Assembly: GCF_006345805.1 (NCBI RefSeq)
Contig: NC_043001.1
Coordinates: forward strand, 45,074,001-45,138,000
From: Octopus sinensis
Taxonomy: Eukaryota
Length of the DNA stretch: 64,000 nucleotides
Direction of reading: 5' to 3'
Shown here: positions 25,490 through 38,685 of the stretch, in pieces
Numbering within the stretch: position 1 is the stretch's first letter
Layout of the letters: each line of letters begins with the position of its first letter
Translations under genes and position numbers: made by a program
The notes under the pieces: model-generated
What the model saw: only the letters and a program-made list of their open reading frames with translations
What the model was told of the DNA's origin: nothing
The model's database searches: none

Positions 25490-28400
25490 TGGATAGTAGA
25501 ATCGGTACTGCATTGGCCTAAATGTTTTCAGATATTTAAATATCTGAATCCAATTCTTACAAGAGAATAACTTGGCCTTTCCTCTTTCTAAGGGACCAAT
25601 AAAATAAAGTACCAGCAAAATACCAGTCAAAATATAGGAGCCTCTTTTACTCTTACCCTAAACATTTCTGGTTGTATGTCTAAGAATGAAATGAATTGAA
25701 ATATTCCAAGAAAGCAAACTGTCACCCAACCTCTCAAGTGGTTTTTTTTTTACGTCTAGTGGTGATGGACAGAAAATCTTAAATTTGTCACCACCAGTTA
25801 GTCATCACTAGCTTTAGCTGGGTTCATAAGTCAGCTGCAAAAAAGAACAAGCTAATCAATCATTTTTTTAAATAAAAAGAGCTAAAGTTTGCATTCTGTT
25901 TCTGTTTCTGTAGTGATTAAGCAATTGAGATGTAAATCTCCTACTGGAGTTTATTAGAGCTAGCTTTCTTCACTAAAAGATGCTTTTAATTTCACCCCTG
26001 CAATACTTGTACAGCCTTTTACTTACAACTAGAGCATCTAATTTAGAGATGCTAGCTGGACTAGACTGGCCCCACCCACACATACACAAACAGTATCAGT
26101 GATAGATTATGAACTACTGACTTCCACCATAAATTATTTAATATCCTATTGACTCAGGTCATAGATAAGAGCACAAGGCTAAATAATTTGTAATATTTAG
26201 TTTCATCTCCCTATATTCTGCAATCATAGTTCCCATAAGAATTCATAAATTAAATACCAGTGATATAAAGATGCTGTACTTAGTTAACTATGACCCTCCA
26301 CCCTTATAAAAAATTACCATTTTGCTGAAATAAAATATTTGATGATCTACTATAATTATCACTCCTAAAAAAAACCCCAACTACCATCACCATTTGCAGC
26401 TACAACCCAACAATTATGATACTTTAATTAACTGATTGGTTCAACTGACTCTAAAAAATAGGTCTAGTGCCCTAGAAACAAAACCCTCCTCCTCATCATC
26501 TTTATTAATACATTTCAAATCTTGCTAGCATCATCTTTGCTTTCAACAAAATAAGTAACAGCCAAGCATTGAGGTCATTTAATTGACTCCACCTTTCTCC
26601 AACATTTGTTAAAAATACTTAACTTTATTATAATAGGAAGGGTAGTAGTGAAATCTGTAGTAAAACATTAAGACTAGCAGTATTTCATAATGTGCTTCTA
26701 CATTCTGATTTCAAATTCTGTTGGGACCAACTTATTCTCATTTCATACTTCCCAAGTCAATAAAATAGGCACCAGTTAATTACTGGGATAGATTAAAGTA
26801 GAAAAATGTAGTCTTGTAGAAAAATGTAGTCTATATTAGAAATCATTATGATTATGATTATCATTCTTATTATTGGTTAAGAAAAGAGTAATGAGCTGGC
26901 AGAATCATAGGCATGCTGGACACAATGCTTAGCAGCATTTCTTCTGGTTTTGTGCTCTGAGTTCAAATCCCACCAAGGTCAACTTAGTCTTTCATCCTTC
27001 TGGAGTCTATAAAGTAAGTACTAATTAAGCACTGGGGTTGATGCAATTGACTGTCCCCTCCCCCCATGTTCAGGCTCTGTGCTTATAATACAAAGCATCA
27101 ATGGTAAAGAAAGTGGTGGAATGGAACAAGAGGAGTTATGGATCAGGCACCACTCAGTATTTCAGTGTTATTTTTCTACATTCTGAGTTCAAACTCTGCC
27201 AGTGTCAGTATTGCCTTTTATTGCTACAAAGTTGATAAAATAAGTGCTAGACATACATTATAATAATAATTCACTATATACCAGATAGTAGAAATGGAAG
27301 AGTGATGAACAAACAAAATTACTTAATTTCTTAAGTTCAATTTTACTGTTCAGTTCAGTCTTATAGAATAAGAATTAATCAGGTATTGCAGTTGTTTAAA
27401 GATCAGTTTAAATTGTATGAAATATGAATATCTTTGCCAATAATGATGGTAATGATAATTGATTGTTTGGGCATAACTCTTCCCCAAAGTATATGGCTTC
27501 ATACCAAATATTAGAAATACATATTAGGTATTACATGCTATAGAAAGAGCACAAGACAAAATGTTCTGCAGTATCTAGTTATGTTCCTTTATGTTCTGAG
27601 TTCAAATCTTGCATCAAATTTTGGTGTTTGTTAAAATAGAATATAGAACCAGCTGGTTATTGACAGGTGTTAATATAACTGGCTATACTCTCTCTCAAAT
27701 TCTGTGGACCTTGTGTTAAATGAAATTTTTGGTGGTATCTCTGTTTACATTTCACAGCATGCATACTGGTGTTTTTATAAATTAACCAAGTTTGAACAAG
27801 AGACATGAAGTTTATATCCCATGAGAAACATGTTCAGAATGTTAGTTGTCCTCCAGAGTGCAATTTTCTGCAACTGCTTGGCACGTGGTTTGACTGGAAG
27901 CTATAGGCAATAACAACTGGGTCCATTTTTGTCTTAGTGTTTTACATTCTTTCGATCAATGTCCACATTCTTTTGGTATTATTAGTAGCATTTAGTATTT
28001 GGTTATAGTCTTGTAAGTTCTGAGTTCAAATCCCAGGGAGATTATCTTTGTCTCTCATCTTTCTGGGATTGATGAAAAAAGCACAAGACATGAATTGGGG
28101 TTAGTATAAATGACTATACCCCACCTGCAAATTTGAAGTCTTTTGCTTATATAATAAATTATTATTATTTGTACTAGTTTGAAGGCAGTAAACAGATATA
28201 ACAGAATACTTGACAAAAGGATTTGTAGTTAGGTCTCATCCCTTTACTTTCAAAGTTCAAATCCTGCTGAGGCAGACTCTGCCTTTTGTCCTTCTATAGT
28301 TGATAAAATACAGCACCAGTTTACTGACTTCATCTTTCACTCAAAATGTATGCCTTTGAGGAAAATTTCAAAATATCATAACTGTAAAGGTGGGGGATGA

Positions 28401-28720
28401 CAAAATTGGTAGAACACCAAAAAAATAAAATTTTGTAGTATTTAGTTACAGTTCTTTCTCCTGCTGGAGTTAGCTTTGTTTGACATGATTCTGGGTTGTT
28501 AAAATAGTACGAAGTACTGAGATTGATAATAATCAGCTACATGAATTGCTTCTAAATTGCTGGTCTTATAAAACAATTTAAGATATTAAAAGAAAAAATA
28601 AAATATTACTCTTATTAAAAAAAAGAGTACATGCAAAATTAGTAGAGTACCAAACAAAATACACTCTGGTATTTAGTTTTGCCCCTTTACATTGTGTTCA
28701 AATTCTTCTGGGATGAACCC
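25490..28720 (+). repeat. Cluster of about nine heavily decayed, co-oriented SINE family A copies
   Basis: Recurrent ctgagttcaaa ... ttcatc ... ataaaataagtacc cores at ~25550, 26700, 26960, 27180, 27600, 28020, 28255, 28460 and 28695. Confidence 0.7.
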
Positions 28721-29129
28721 ATTTGAAGTTGATGGTGCTTTTTTCTCCAACTCCTCTGAGATTGAGCAGACCTATGATCAAGGACATTCCAATCATGACT
28801 ATCTTTATCTTTTTAAGGATATCTAAGATAGTATTATCCAGTGTACCCTTCTAATTTTTTAAGATGTGATTTGAGAAGGATTTGGCTACTATTTCTAGTA
28901 AATTGAGCAACTACAAATAAGTTTCCACAATGGCTTAAAACAAGAACCAAGTAATTATTGAGATTGATTTTAATTGACTCTATGACCCTACCAGTCTTAA
29001 TACAAATTTAGGGCTTTTTGGTTTTATGATATTTCAGGGTCTTTCTGATAATTTACTGGCTACACACACATCTTTACATATATGTGTACACAATAATTTT
29101 AAACTGACAAGACATTATAATTATCTCTT

Positions 29130-29352
29130 TTACTCTCTTTACTCTTTTACTTGTTTCAGTCATTTGACTGCGGCCATGCTGGAGCACCGCCTTTTTAGTT
29201 GAGCAAATCGACCCCAGGACTTATTCTTTGTAAGCCTAGTACTTATTCTATCGGTCTCTTTTGCCGAACCACTAAGTAACAGGGACGTAAACATACCAGC
29301 ATTGGTTGTCAAGCGATGTTGGGGTACAAACACAGACACACAAACACAAACA

Positions 29353-29384
<32 letters not shown>

Positions 29385-29543
29385 CGACAGGCTTCTTTCA
29401 GTTTCCGTCTACCAAATCCACTCACAAGGCTTTGGTCGGCCCGAGGCTATAGCAGAAGACACTTGCCCAAGATGCCATGCAGTGGGACCGAACCCGGAAC
29501 CATGTGGTTGGTAAGCAAGCTACTTACCATACAGCCACTCCTA
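29130..29543 (-). mobile_element. SINE family B, young full-length copy
   Basis: Retains many CpGs, has an internal (TA)n, and a (ttactct)n tail at ~29130-29150. Confidence 0.88.
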
Positions 29544-30862
29544 TCTGAAGAGACTTCTATATATAATCCAGTGGCAATGGTTTATTAATATATTTCTATG
29601 GCAACATGGATTAGTGAAGTTAATTCCTTCAGCTGCAAACTGAAACATCCTGCATATTTGAATACTAACATTATGCAATCATTCTTTACACTTTTCCTTC
29701 CTCTTCCAACGCTCTCTCTCTCTCTAGTCCATTCTTCCTCAATCTTTCTCTTCCTTCTGTTTTTCTTTACAGTCTGCCTCTCACTCCATCACTCCTCCAT
29801 CCTTCTCTCTTGTTCTCTGATTCTTGGTTTTCTTCTTTCTTTTTACTTTTATCTCATGACTCTCCCTCCTCTCTCTCATATGGTCAAATACCTCACATTT
29901 TACTACAATGAATTTTAGAAATGGTTTCCCTTCCTTATCGCCTTTGATTGTTTCTCTCTTCCTTTCTCGTCATTCCATCCCCTAACTCAAACCTTGCACA
30001 ACCATTCTATACATATTTGAACAGTGAGGAAGATATGCACCACACACAGAAAAAAAAATATTTAAGAATGTAAATAATATTTTTTTGGAGAACATGTTTT
30101 CTTCCTAAAGTTTTCATAATTTTAATTCTAATCTACAGTTTCTAATGTTATTGTAATTTAAAGGAGTGTAATGTTGATAAGAGTGGTGTGGATATTGTTG
30201 TTGGTCGTGATTGATGCTGCTGTTGGAATTTCTGGTGATGCTGGTATTGATGTAATAAGGGGAGGTGGTGGTGTTAGAGTTGGTATTTGTGCTCTTATGG
30301 TGCTGATGTTGGTGATAAAATTTTGTTACCTCAGCTTAACAGATTTAGTTCTCAGATTTTTCTAAAAAGGAGGGCATGTAAATAGGGTTCCTATTAGCTG
30401 GTGGTTCATATTTTGCCAACAGTACTGGGCCCCCATTGATTCTTGAACTTACCTAACTTCTCTCACAAGTCACAAGCACAGTGAATCAAATACTACAAAC
30501 ACTTACAAAGTACTTTATGTCATCTTTTATATATTTCAGCCATTATATTGAGGCCATGCTGGGGCAGCACCTCGAAGGGTTTGGTTGAACAAATCGACCA
30601 CAGTCCTTATTTTTTAAGTTTGATACTTATTCTGTCAATTTTTTTTGTTGAACTGTTAAGTTATGGGGATGTAAATAAACCTTCCGCACAGTTTCCTTCA
30701 ACCAAAATTCATTCATAAACCATAGGGCTATAATAGAAGACATTTGCCCAAGGAGCTGTGCAGAAGGATTGAAACTGAAACCTCATGGAAAATAAAAAAA
30801 CGAGAAAAAGGTGAATAAAAAAAGAAAAAGAAGAGACAGTGAATAAAAAAATGATCTAGTCT

Positions 30863-32557
30863 GGTTGCCAGCATCAATTTTGTTCGAATTGTAATGATAC
30901 ACCTTTATAGGCTAATGAATTATGTAAAAATCATTTTCATTATAAATCAATAAATAAAGAGTTATTAGCAATTAAAGTTTGAAAATTTTGGTAATTTTAG
31001 CCAATTGTATGTCACAAACATATTCATGCCTGTTTCCATAGTAACAAGTGGAACATGAGAACTCTTTTGTCTGCAAGAAAGCATGTGCTGTTTCCATAGT
31101 AATAAAGAAACTATGTAAAAGGAAGAAATATGCTATATGTACAAAAAGATGTCATGGGAACATGTATTGGCGATGCTGGTGCCGAGAATGCATGAAGTCT
31201 GTGTCGGTGAGGAAAGACACATGATTTGAAGATGGTAACCTTCCTCTTAGGACTGTAATGCTCTTCCTTTACTCATGGGTTAAGGAATTGACTTCAGTCG
31301 GGTTTTGTATTGAAGAACTGGGGATGAGCCGTAGCACAGCCATTGATTATAATCACTATGTTAGAGAAATATGTGCGGAGGACTTGCTCCATCATCCAAT
31401 TCAAGTTGGTGGTCCTGGAAAGATTGCTGAGATTGATGAAACAGTTTTCTGAAGACGCAAGTACAACCGAAGAAGGGTCCTACCTGAGCAGTGGGTTTTT
31501 GGAAGAGTGTGTTGCAAGACCAGATAGGTTTTTCTGTATGCAGTGCCATGTTAGAATCATGACACACTGAAAGAATGTATACATCACTCAATTCTTCCAG
31601 GAACCACAATTTTCAGCAATTTGTGAAGGGAATACTCACACATTCCTGAAATTGATGGTTACAATTTTGAGCATAAATGGTGAACCACAGCATTGGGTTT
31701 GTTAGCCCGAAAGATGGTACCCACATTCAACAAGTGGAGAGTACATGGGCTTCTGTGAACCAAGGTAATAAACGATGCTGTGATACTCACCATTCTATAG
31801 TAGATTCATATCTCTGTGAATTTATGTGGCACAGAAAATAGGAAAATTGTGATTTGTTTGAGAAATTGATTGAATGTATTTCTAACTTCCATTTTTGATT
31901 TTTAAAATATTTTCTAAATTTGCTGCTTACTGCATTTTTAAGGCATATTTTGTCCACTCTTTTATTTTCATATATAACATATAAACATGTACATCTTTTA
32001 GAACATTGTCATTTTATAACAGTTTGCTGCCAAATTTTTAAATTAACAGAAACATTTATTTACATGAAAGAAAATACTAAAGAATTTGCATCTAATTCTT
32101 CCAAATCTTTCTGTTAAAACTGTATTGAAACCATCTAACATGTTATCGCATTTGCATTAAAACTACAAAATATGTGTTGTTTACTCATTCCTTTTTGTCA
32201 CTGAGGTGGTTGTGAGGTGTGCTAAAAATAACAGCTAAATAGCGTTTTTAGGCTAAATCTTTTAAGTTCGTGCTATTGTAATGCTTAAAACTACAAAAGA
32301 CGTGTTGTTTATGCTTTCTTGACAACACAAGCTATTTTCCGGATGTTTACGACAAAATGTGCAGTCACGCATAAAATAGCTTCCAAATACTGTTTCCTGA
32401 CTGGGTGAAAATAATCAAACTTTAAACCTCTATGACTTTTTTTAAAACATTTTTTTGGAAAAAGTGAAATAACTCCAGCAATTCAGCTTGGAAAATATAT
32501 TATTGTGCCAAATTTTTAAATTTTCAATAAACTTATATTTTTGAAATGCTGGAAACC
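30863..32557 (+). mobile_element. Decayed Merlin-superfamily (IS1595/ISXO2-like DDE) DNA transposon
   Basis: Terminal inverted repeats GGTTGCCAGCAT (30863) and ATGCTGGAAACC (32546-32557), 11/12 match. Internal short repeats aaaactacaaaa..gtgttgtt at ~32160 and ~32288. Contains a transposase remnant. No target-site duplication recoverable. Confidence 0.8.
31120..31890 (+). pseudogene. ISXO2-like (Merlin) transposase pseudogene
   Basis: YWRC.CREC.K.VSVR zinc ribbon, GGPGKIAEIDETVF, RRKYNR.R, QWVFG, ILPGTTI, VNHS..FV.P.DG.H.Q.VESTW, DSYLCEFMW. At least six in-frame stops and one frameshift near 31678. Confidence 0.9.
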
Positions 32558-32679
32558 AAGGTCCTAAAAAAATGTAGCTAGCAATATGAAAAAAGGAAAA
32601 AAAAACAATAGAAGAGAAAAAGGAAAGATACGAAGTTTTAGAAAAACAATATAGAAAAAAGAAAAAAAGAAAAGTTTAC

Positions 32680-32820
32680 TTTGAATTCTGGGCTTTGAAT
32701 GAATAGAGTGCTCTTGCTTTTCCTTGGATTTGAAAGCCTCTACGGCGCTCAGGAGGTACACTCAGTGTGCTTACCACTTCTTCAAACCTATCATTTGGTA
32801 TTGGAGATTTCTGGGATGGA
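32680..32820 (-). CDS. SORBS: SORBS/CAP-family coding exon (phase 2 to 2): PSQKSPIPNDRFEEVVSTLSVPPERRRGFQIQGKARALYSFKAQNSK, start of SH3 #1
   Basis: Acceptor ttttcctgcag|T and donor AA|GTAAAC. 141 nt. Ends in the ARALYSF SH3 beta-1 motif. Confidence 0.92.
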
Positions 32821-33484
32821 CTGCAGGAAAATAAACAAGCAATCAATCAAAATAAGTTAGAAAATAAATAAATACATGGAAGAAAAAATTTAGCAGACAC
32901 CATACTACAATATTTAGGGAAAGGGTTCACTCCATTAAATCAATCTTCTGACTACTCAGAAAGGTAAAAGGCGAAATCACCTTGAATGTAAAGGGATGTA
33001 ACTAAATACTACAAGGCATTTAATCTATTGCTCCATTGATTCTGCCAATCCAATAATCTTTAATAAAGGAAAGAATAATAATACTGATAATAACAACTGG
33101 AATATTAAGAATAGGAGAGACAAGAAACCTGCTGGAAAAAGGTCAAGAATAGATGGTTCATCATACTGTAATGGTGGGGGGGATCAAAGGTTGAGATTTG
33201 TGATTTATTCTGGCTTATTTTAACAATTGGATCATCTCAGCTTACTGATCACATATACACATTCTATCTACTTTAGATAGTAGTAACAGTGATGCCATTA
33301 ATATGGACAGCTTCTGGAAATCTTAAATCACAAGAGAGTAGTGCGAAAAACACAGCAACCAACATCTCAAATGATAAAGATTGATTTCTTCCATTGGTAC
33401 CAAGATCATATATTTTTAAGGTAGTGGTGGTGGTGGTGGGGTTTATAGCTGAATTAACTAATTCTTCAATATATTATTAATATT

Positions 33485-33930
33485 AAGGCGGTGAGCTGGC
33501 AGAAATGTTAGCACACTGGGTGAAATACTTAGCCATATTTCATCTGTCTTTACATTCTGAGTTCAAATTCCGCCAAGGACAACTTTGCCTTTCATCCTTT
33601 CGGGATCGATAAATTAAGTACCAGTTGCATACTGGGGTCAATCTAATCGACTGGCCTCCTCCCCCAAAATTTCGGGCCTTGTGCCTAGAGTAGAAAAGAA
33701 TATATTACTAATATTAAGGAGGCGAGCTGGCAGAATTGTAAGCACACTAGGCAAAATGCTTAGTGGCATCTCATCCATCTTTACATTCTGAGTTCAAATT
33801 CTGTTGAGGTCAAATTTATATTTCATCCTTTCAGAGTTCATAAAATAAGTATCAGTTGAATACTGGAGTTGATACAATCGACTTAACCCCTCCTCCAAAA
33901 TTTCTGGCCTTGTGCCAATATCTGAAACCA
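33485..33930 (+). mobile_element. Two head-to-tail SINE family A copies
   Basis: Units start aaggcggtgagctggcagaa (~33485) and aaggaggcgagctggcagaa (~33716), each ~215 bp. Confidence 0.85.
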
Positions 33931-34944
33931 ATATATTGCTGATATTCATTTCACTGAATTGGGCAAATAATGTAATAATTTTTTAAAACTTGCATATTGC
34001 CACCAATTTATAAAAGTGGGTTATAGTCACTGGATTGACACTAGTAAATTACTGGTGCTTATCTTATCAACCCCAAAGGGGGATGGAAAGGAAATGTTCC
34101 CTGGCAGAATATGAACTTGAAATGTAGATAAAGGAAACTAAAATTTAGTTTTGTACATTTTGGATAGCAGACTTAATATGTTACCTAGTTTAACACCACT
34201 ACTTGGCTCATGGATGCTGTTAGAGGAGTCAACTGTTGCAAGCATTTAAGCCAGGTCTCTGGTCTGAGAATAACTTCCTTCTGTGATTAGTGTCTTGGGA
34301 AGTGTTATCTAAAAGTTGCCTAAACTTTTGTTACTTCATTACACCATTTGGAAGATGACAAGACAGTGAGAAAATGGATGGAAATATAATTAATAAATGG
34401 AACTAGGTCAGCAAATACATATAACCAGACAGGATGCTGTGGAACATGGAAGATAATAGTAAGGATTATTCATGAATCATATCTGTGATAATCTGCAAAA
34501 AGTAGTAATGATGGATAACCAGATAGCACTGATACATCACAGGGAACAAAATAATTAAATACAAAACACTTGTGACTGATTTTAACACTGAATAGTTCAA
34601 CTTTCAACAAATAACAATAACTTGATAGAGAGTAAGTTAAAGAAAAGAAGATATTAGTTGAAGTCTCTTTAGTTTAGTACATCTAATGTGTGTATGCATG
34701 GGAGAGAGAGAGAGAGAGAGAGTGAGTGTGTGTGCGTGCGTGTGCATATATGCATGTATGAATACATGTGAGCACGAATGTACAAGTAAGTGCATCTATA
34801 TGTATACATGGATATACAACTGGTGATGTGATGCAACTGTCCAAAGACGAAAATTATGAGTATGTATATATCCAAAAATGACTCATAGGATTAACTTGGA
34901 AAGTAAAGTAGAGCAGAAATCAAGTAACAATAGGCTCTTGTGTT

Positions 34945-35286
34945 ATATTGCCTTACTGGCACTTGTGCTGGTGACATGTGAAAAACATTCAAGAGAGGTT
35001 GTTGCCAGTGCCGCTGGACTGGCTCCTATGCAGGTGGCACGTAAAAAACACCATTTGAGCGTAGCCATTGCCAGTACCACCTGACTGGCCCTCATGCCAG
35101 TGGCACGTAAAAGCACCCACTACAATCTCAGAGTGGTTGGCATTAGGAAGGGCATCCAGCTGTAGAAACTCTGCCAGATCAAGATTGGAGCCTGGTGCAG
35201 CCATCTGATTTGCCAGTCCTCAGTCAAAACGTCCAACCCATGCTAGCATGGAAGCAGACATTAAACGATGATGATGATGATGATGA
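34945..35286 (+). mobile_element. Family C short retroposon sharing the RTEX-like 3' end, (GAT)n tail
   Basis: ggcattaggaagggcatccagctgtagaa ... aacccatgctagcatgg ... gatgatgatgat. Other copies at ~643-830 (-), ~9925-10080 (+), ~36910-37140 (-) and ~50443-50690 (-). Confidence 0.8.
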
Positions 35287-37310
35287 CCAGTCATGAGCAA
35301 ACTGTAGTCCCCGAGACTTTCTGAATGGTACACCTAACAAAAAATTACCATGAATATTTTTTAATAGTGCAGTCCACCTGATGATGAACCACGTCTTCTA
35401 AAAAAGGTAGCTTGCACTTTACCTATATCAATCTGAATTCACAAAGAATGGAAAACTTAAGTGCTGGAACATAAAAGGGGAAAGGCCTATCATTATATCT
35501 ATAGATTGTGAAGGCAGTGAGCTGACAGAATCATTAGCACACTGGGCAAAATGCTTAGTGCCATTTCAGCTGTCTTCACATTATGAATTCAAAATCTACC
35601 AAGATCGACTTTGCCTTTCATCCTTTTGGGGTTGATAAAACAAGCTCTAGTCAAGCACTGGGGTCAACATAATTGATTATCCCTCCCCTGAAATTGCTGG
35701 CCTTGTGCCAAAATTTGAAATCTTTATATCCATAGATTGTATATTATATCCACTTTAGTAAATACTGGTAAGTCTGAAGGAAGAATGTTTTAAGAGTTCA
35801 CACACGTATGATAGATGCAGTCATGTAATTCTGACTTTAGTCACACTGTGTGGCACTTTGTGCAGGTGTCTTTTATTATAGGCTTAGGCTGAACAAGGCC
35901 TTGTGAATGGAATTGGCAGATGGGTACTAAGAAAAAAAAACTCACCATGCATGTATGTGTATACACACACACATATTACATATGTATGTGCGTGTGTGTG
36001 TGAGTCCCTTTGTCTATCCTCAACACATTGCCTGAATGAAATGGTGTCTTTGTTTACATTCTTTGGTAAGTGAAATTCCAGTTGTGATGTGTGCATGTCA
36101 GTATCATCATCATTGTTTTAACATTCATTTTTCTTTGCTCGCATGGGTCAGAATTTTTTGAGATAAATTTTCTATGGCCAGATATATATATATATGCACC
36201 TACACATACATGAATGCACACACACACACACACACACACAAACGCATGAGGTTCTTTCAATTTCCATCAATCAAATCCTACTAACAAGGCTTTGATTGAG
36301 TTGGGAGCTATAATATTGCCCAAAGTGCCAGGCATGGCATTGAACCCTAAACCATGTGGTTAGAAAGGAGACTGCTTAGCCACAACCATTTGTGCACGCA
36401 TGCATATGCATATCCAGTTACATACACAGATGTTACTGACTTGAGACTAAAATACTAAATGTTGAAACAGACATAAAAAATATTTATACACAAACATATT
36501 AAATAATGAAGAAAAAAAAAGAAGGAAGACAGAGAAAATAGTTCTTTCCATTCACTGGATATCAAATTTGTTCAACATTGAAATAAATAAATAAAATTGT
36601 AACAAATTTTATATAGCATGAAATTCCTGTTCAGCAAAAAAGACCAATTGTGTATATCTCAATTTAAAGAGTATTAAAAAAATTAAATAATATATATTAC
36701 AAATGTGAAAGAATTTTAAGAATTTCTAACAATAATAAAGATAAATAAATAATACAAATGCAAGTACACACAAGAGACATAGAGAGAGAGAGAGAGAGAG
36801 AGAGGGGGGATGCATGTGTGTGTGTGTGCAGAGACAATGATTTGAAAACCAGTTTGGAATATGAAAATCAACATATCCAGAGAGGAGTGTGAATGAAGCA
36901 AGTGCACGTCCAATCTCCATGCTGGCCTGGGTAGGACAGTTTGACAGGAGTTGACTAGCTGGAGAACTGTCCAGGATCCACTTGTCTGTTATGGCTTGGT
37001 TCCTATGGCTGGATGCCCTTCCTAACACCAATAATTTTACAGAATGTACTACATGCTTTTATGTGGAACTTTTATGCGAAACAGGTGCTTTTACATGGCA
37101 CTGACATAGGTACAGATAGGTGACACCAGCACCCATGAGCCAGCAAGATTAGGATCTCTTGGCTGAGAGAGGGATGTAGAGAACATACCTGTGTGTGTGG
37201 ATAACCATAATTCTACTTAGCTTGGCATGCTTTCTCAAGTACAGCAAACCACCAGAAGTCCCTTGTCATCTCCTCTCTCTCTCTCACACACACATATATA
37301 TATATATATA

Positions 37311-38685
37311 TGTCATCATTTAATGTTTGTTGTCCATGCTGGCATGGGTTGAGCAGTTTGACTGGGCTGGCATGCTGGAAGGCAGCACCAGACTCCAGTC
37401 TGATTTGGCATGGTTTCTTACAGCTGGATGCCCTTCCTAATGCCAACCACTCCGAAAGTGTAATGGGTGCTTTTACGTGCCACCAGCATAAATGCCATTT
37501 GCATGACACTGGGGTGCATTTACATGCCACTGGCACAGGTGTCAATTTGTGTGACACCAGTATCTGTCACAACTGCAATTTTGCTCAGCTTGATGGGTCT
37601 TCTTCTCAAGCACAACATAATGCCAAAGGTCTTGGCTGCATGAGGTCCATCACTCAAAAGGAACCAAGCCACCTTGCCTCCGTGAGGCCTAACACTCAAA
37701 AGGAACTCAGCCAATTTGCCTCCATGAGGCCCAATGCTTGAAAGGAACTCAGCCATTTTGCCTCTGTGGAGCACAACACTAGAAAGGAACTCAGTCACTT
37801 TGCCTTCGTAAGGCTCAACATTCAAAAGATGTTCTTTATGTGTCACTATCACAGGTGCACTTGGCTTAACAGGTCCTCTCAAGCACAACACATCCGCAAA
37901 GGTCTTGGTCACCAGTCATTTTCTCTATGAGACTCAAAGTTCGAAGATCATGCCTCGTCCCATGTCTTCACCACCTCGTCCCATGTCTTCCTGGGTCTAC
38001 CTCTACCACAGGTTCCTCCACAGTTAGAAATTGGCATTTTTTTACACAGTTTTCCTTGTCCATACACATCACATTTCCATACCAGTACAGTTGTCTCTCT
38101 TGCACACCACATCCAATTCCTCTTATACCTAACTTTTCTCTCAAGATGCTTACACTCTGTTGAACATGCACACTGACATCGCATATCCAGCAAAGCATAT
38201 TGGTTTCATTTCTTTCAAGCCTATGCATATCCTCAGCTGTCATAGCCCATGTTTCACTGCCATGCAGTATAGCTGTTCGCACACAGGCATCAAACAATCT
38301 ATCTTTCACTCTAAGAGAGAGGCACCTCTCCTACTAACTTGGTCACCTAGATAACAGAAGCTATCTACTACCTTCAGCTTGTCACCCTGGCAGATGATGG
38401 AGTTTATTATCTGTGCATTTTCAGCGCTTATTGCACCTGTACACCTTCCACATACAAAAGTTAGTTTCCTTGTTAACCATCCTCTGATGGTGGTGCACCG
38501 TATTCAAAGCTTACACTCATGGAGTTTCTACCTACACCTTTTCAATGGATTGAGCAGGGCCATCTATCTGAAGGGATTTGTGATTTGTCTGCCTTCCTAC
38601 TTACTATGACTTTGGTTTTTGTTAGGTTAACTCTAAGACCCTTTGATTCTAGACCTTGCTTCTATACCTGGAACTTCTTCAGCCA
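37311..38685 (-). mobile_element. 5'-truncated RTEX/RTE-like LINE with 3' UTR and (ATG)n-type tail
   Basis: KQGLESKGLRVNLTKTKV, RWPCS, DSFCYLGDQVS, VKDRLFDACVRTAILHGSETWA, CGRGRPRKTWDEVVK (ORFs 37968..38309 and 37948..38193). Then a 3' UTR with 42-bp repeats ending in ...cattaaatgatgac. Confidence 0.88.
37651..37818. repeat. Four tandem 42-bp units in the LINE 3' UTR
   Basis: Units begin at 37651, 37693, 37735 and 37777, consensus cactcaaaaggaactcagccattttgcctccgtgaggcccaa. Confidence 0.9.

Noticed and set aside
32770-32775. Internal GTAAGC alternative donor in the 32680-32820 exon
   Set aside because: It is phase 0, whereas the next exon needs phase 2, so use would frameshift before any SH3. 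No other support.
37651-37818. CRISPR-like array
   Set aside because: The units are contiguous with no unique spacers, the context is a eukaryotic LINE, and there are no cas genes.
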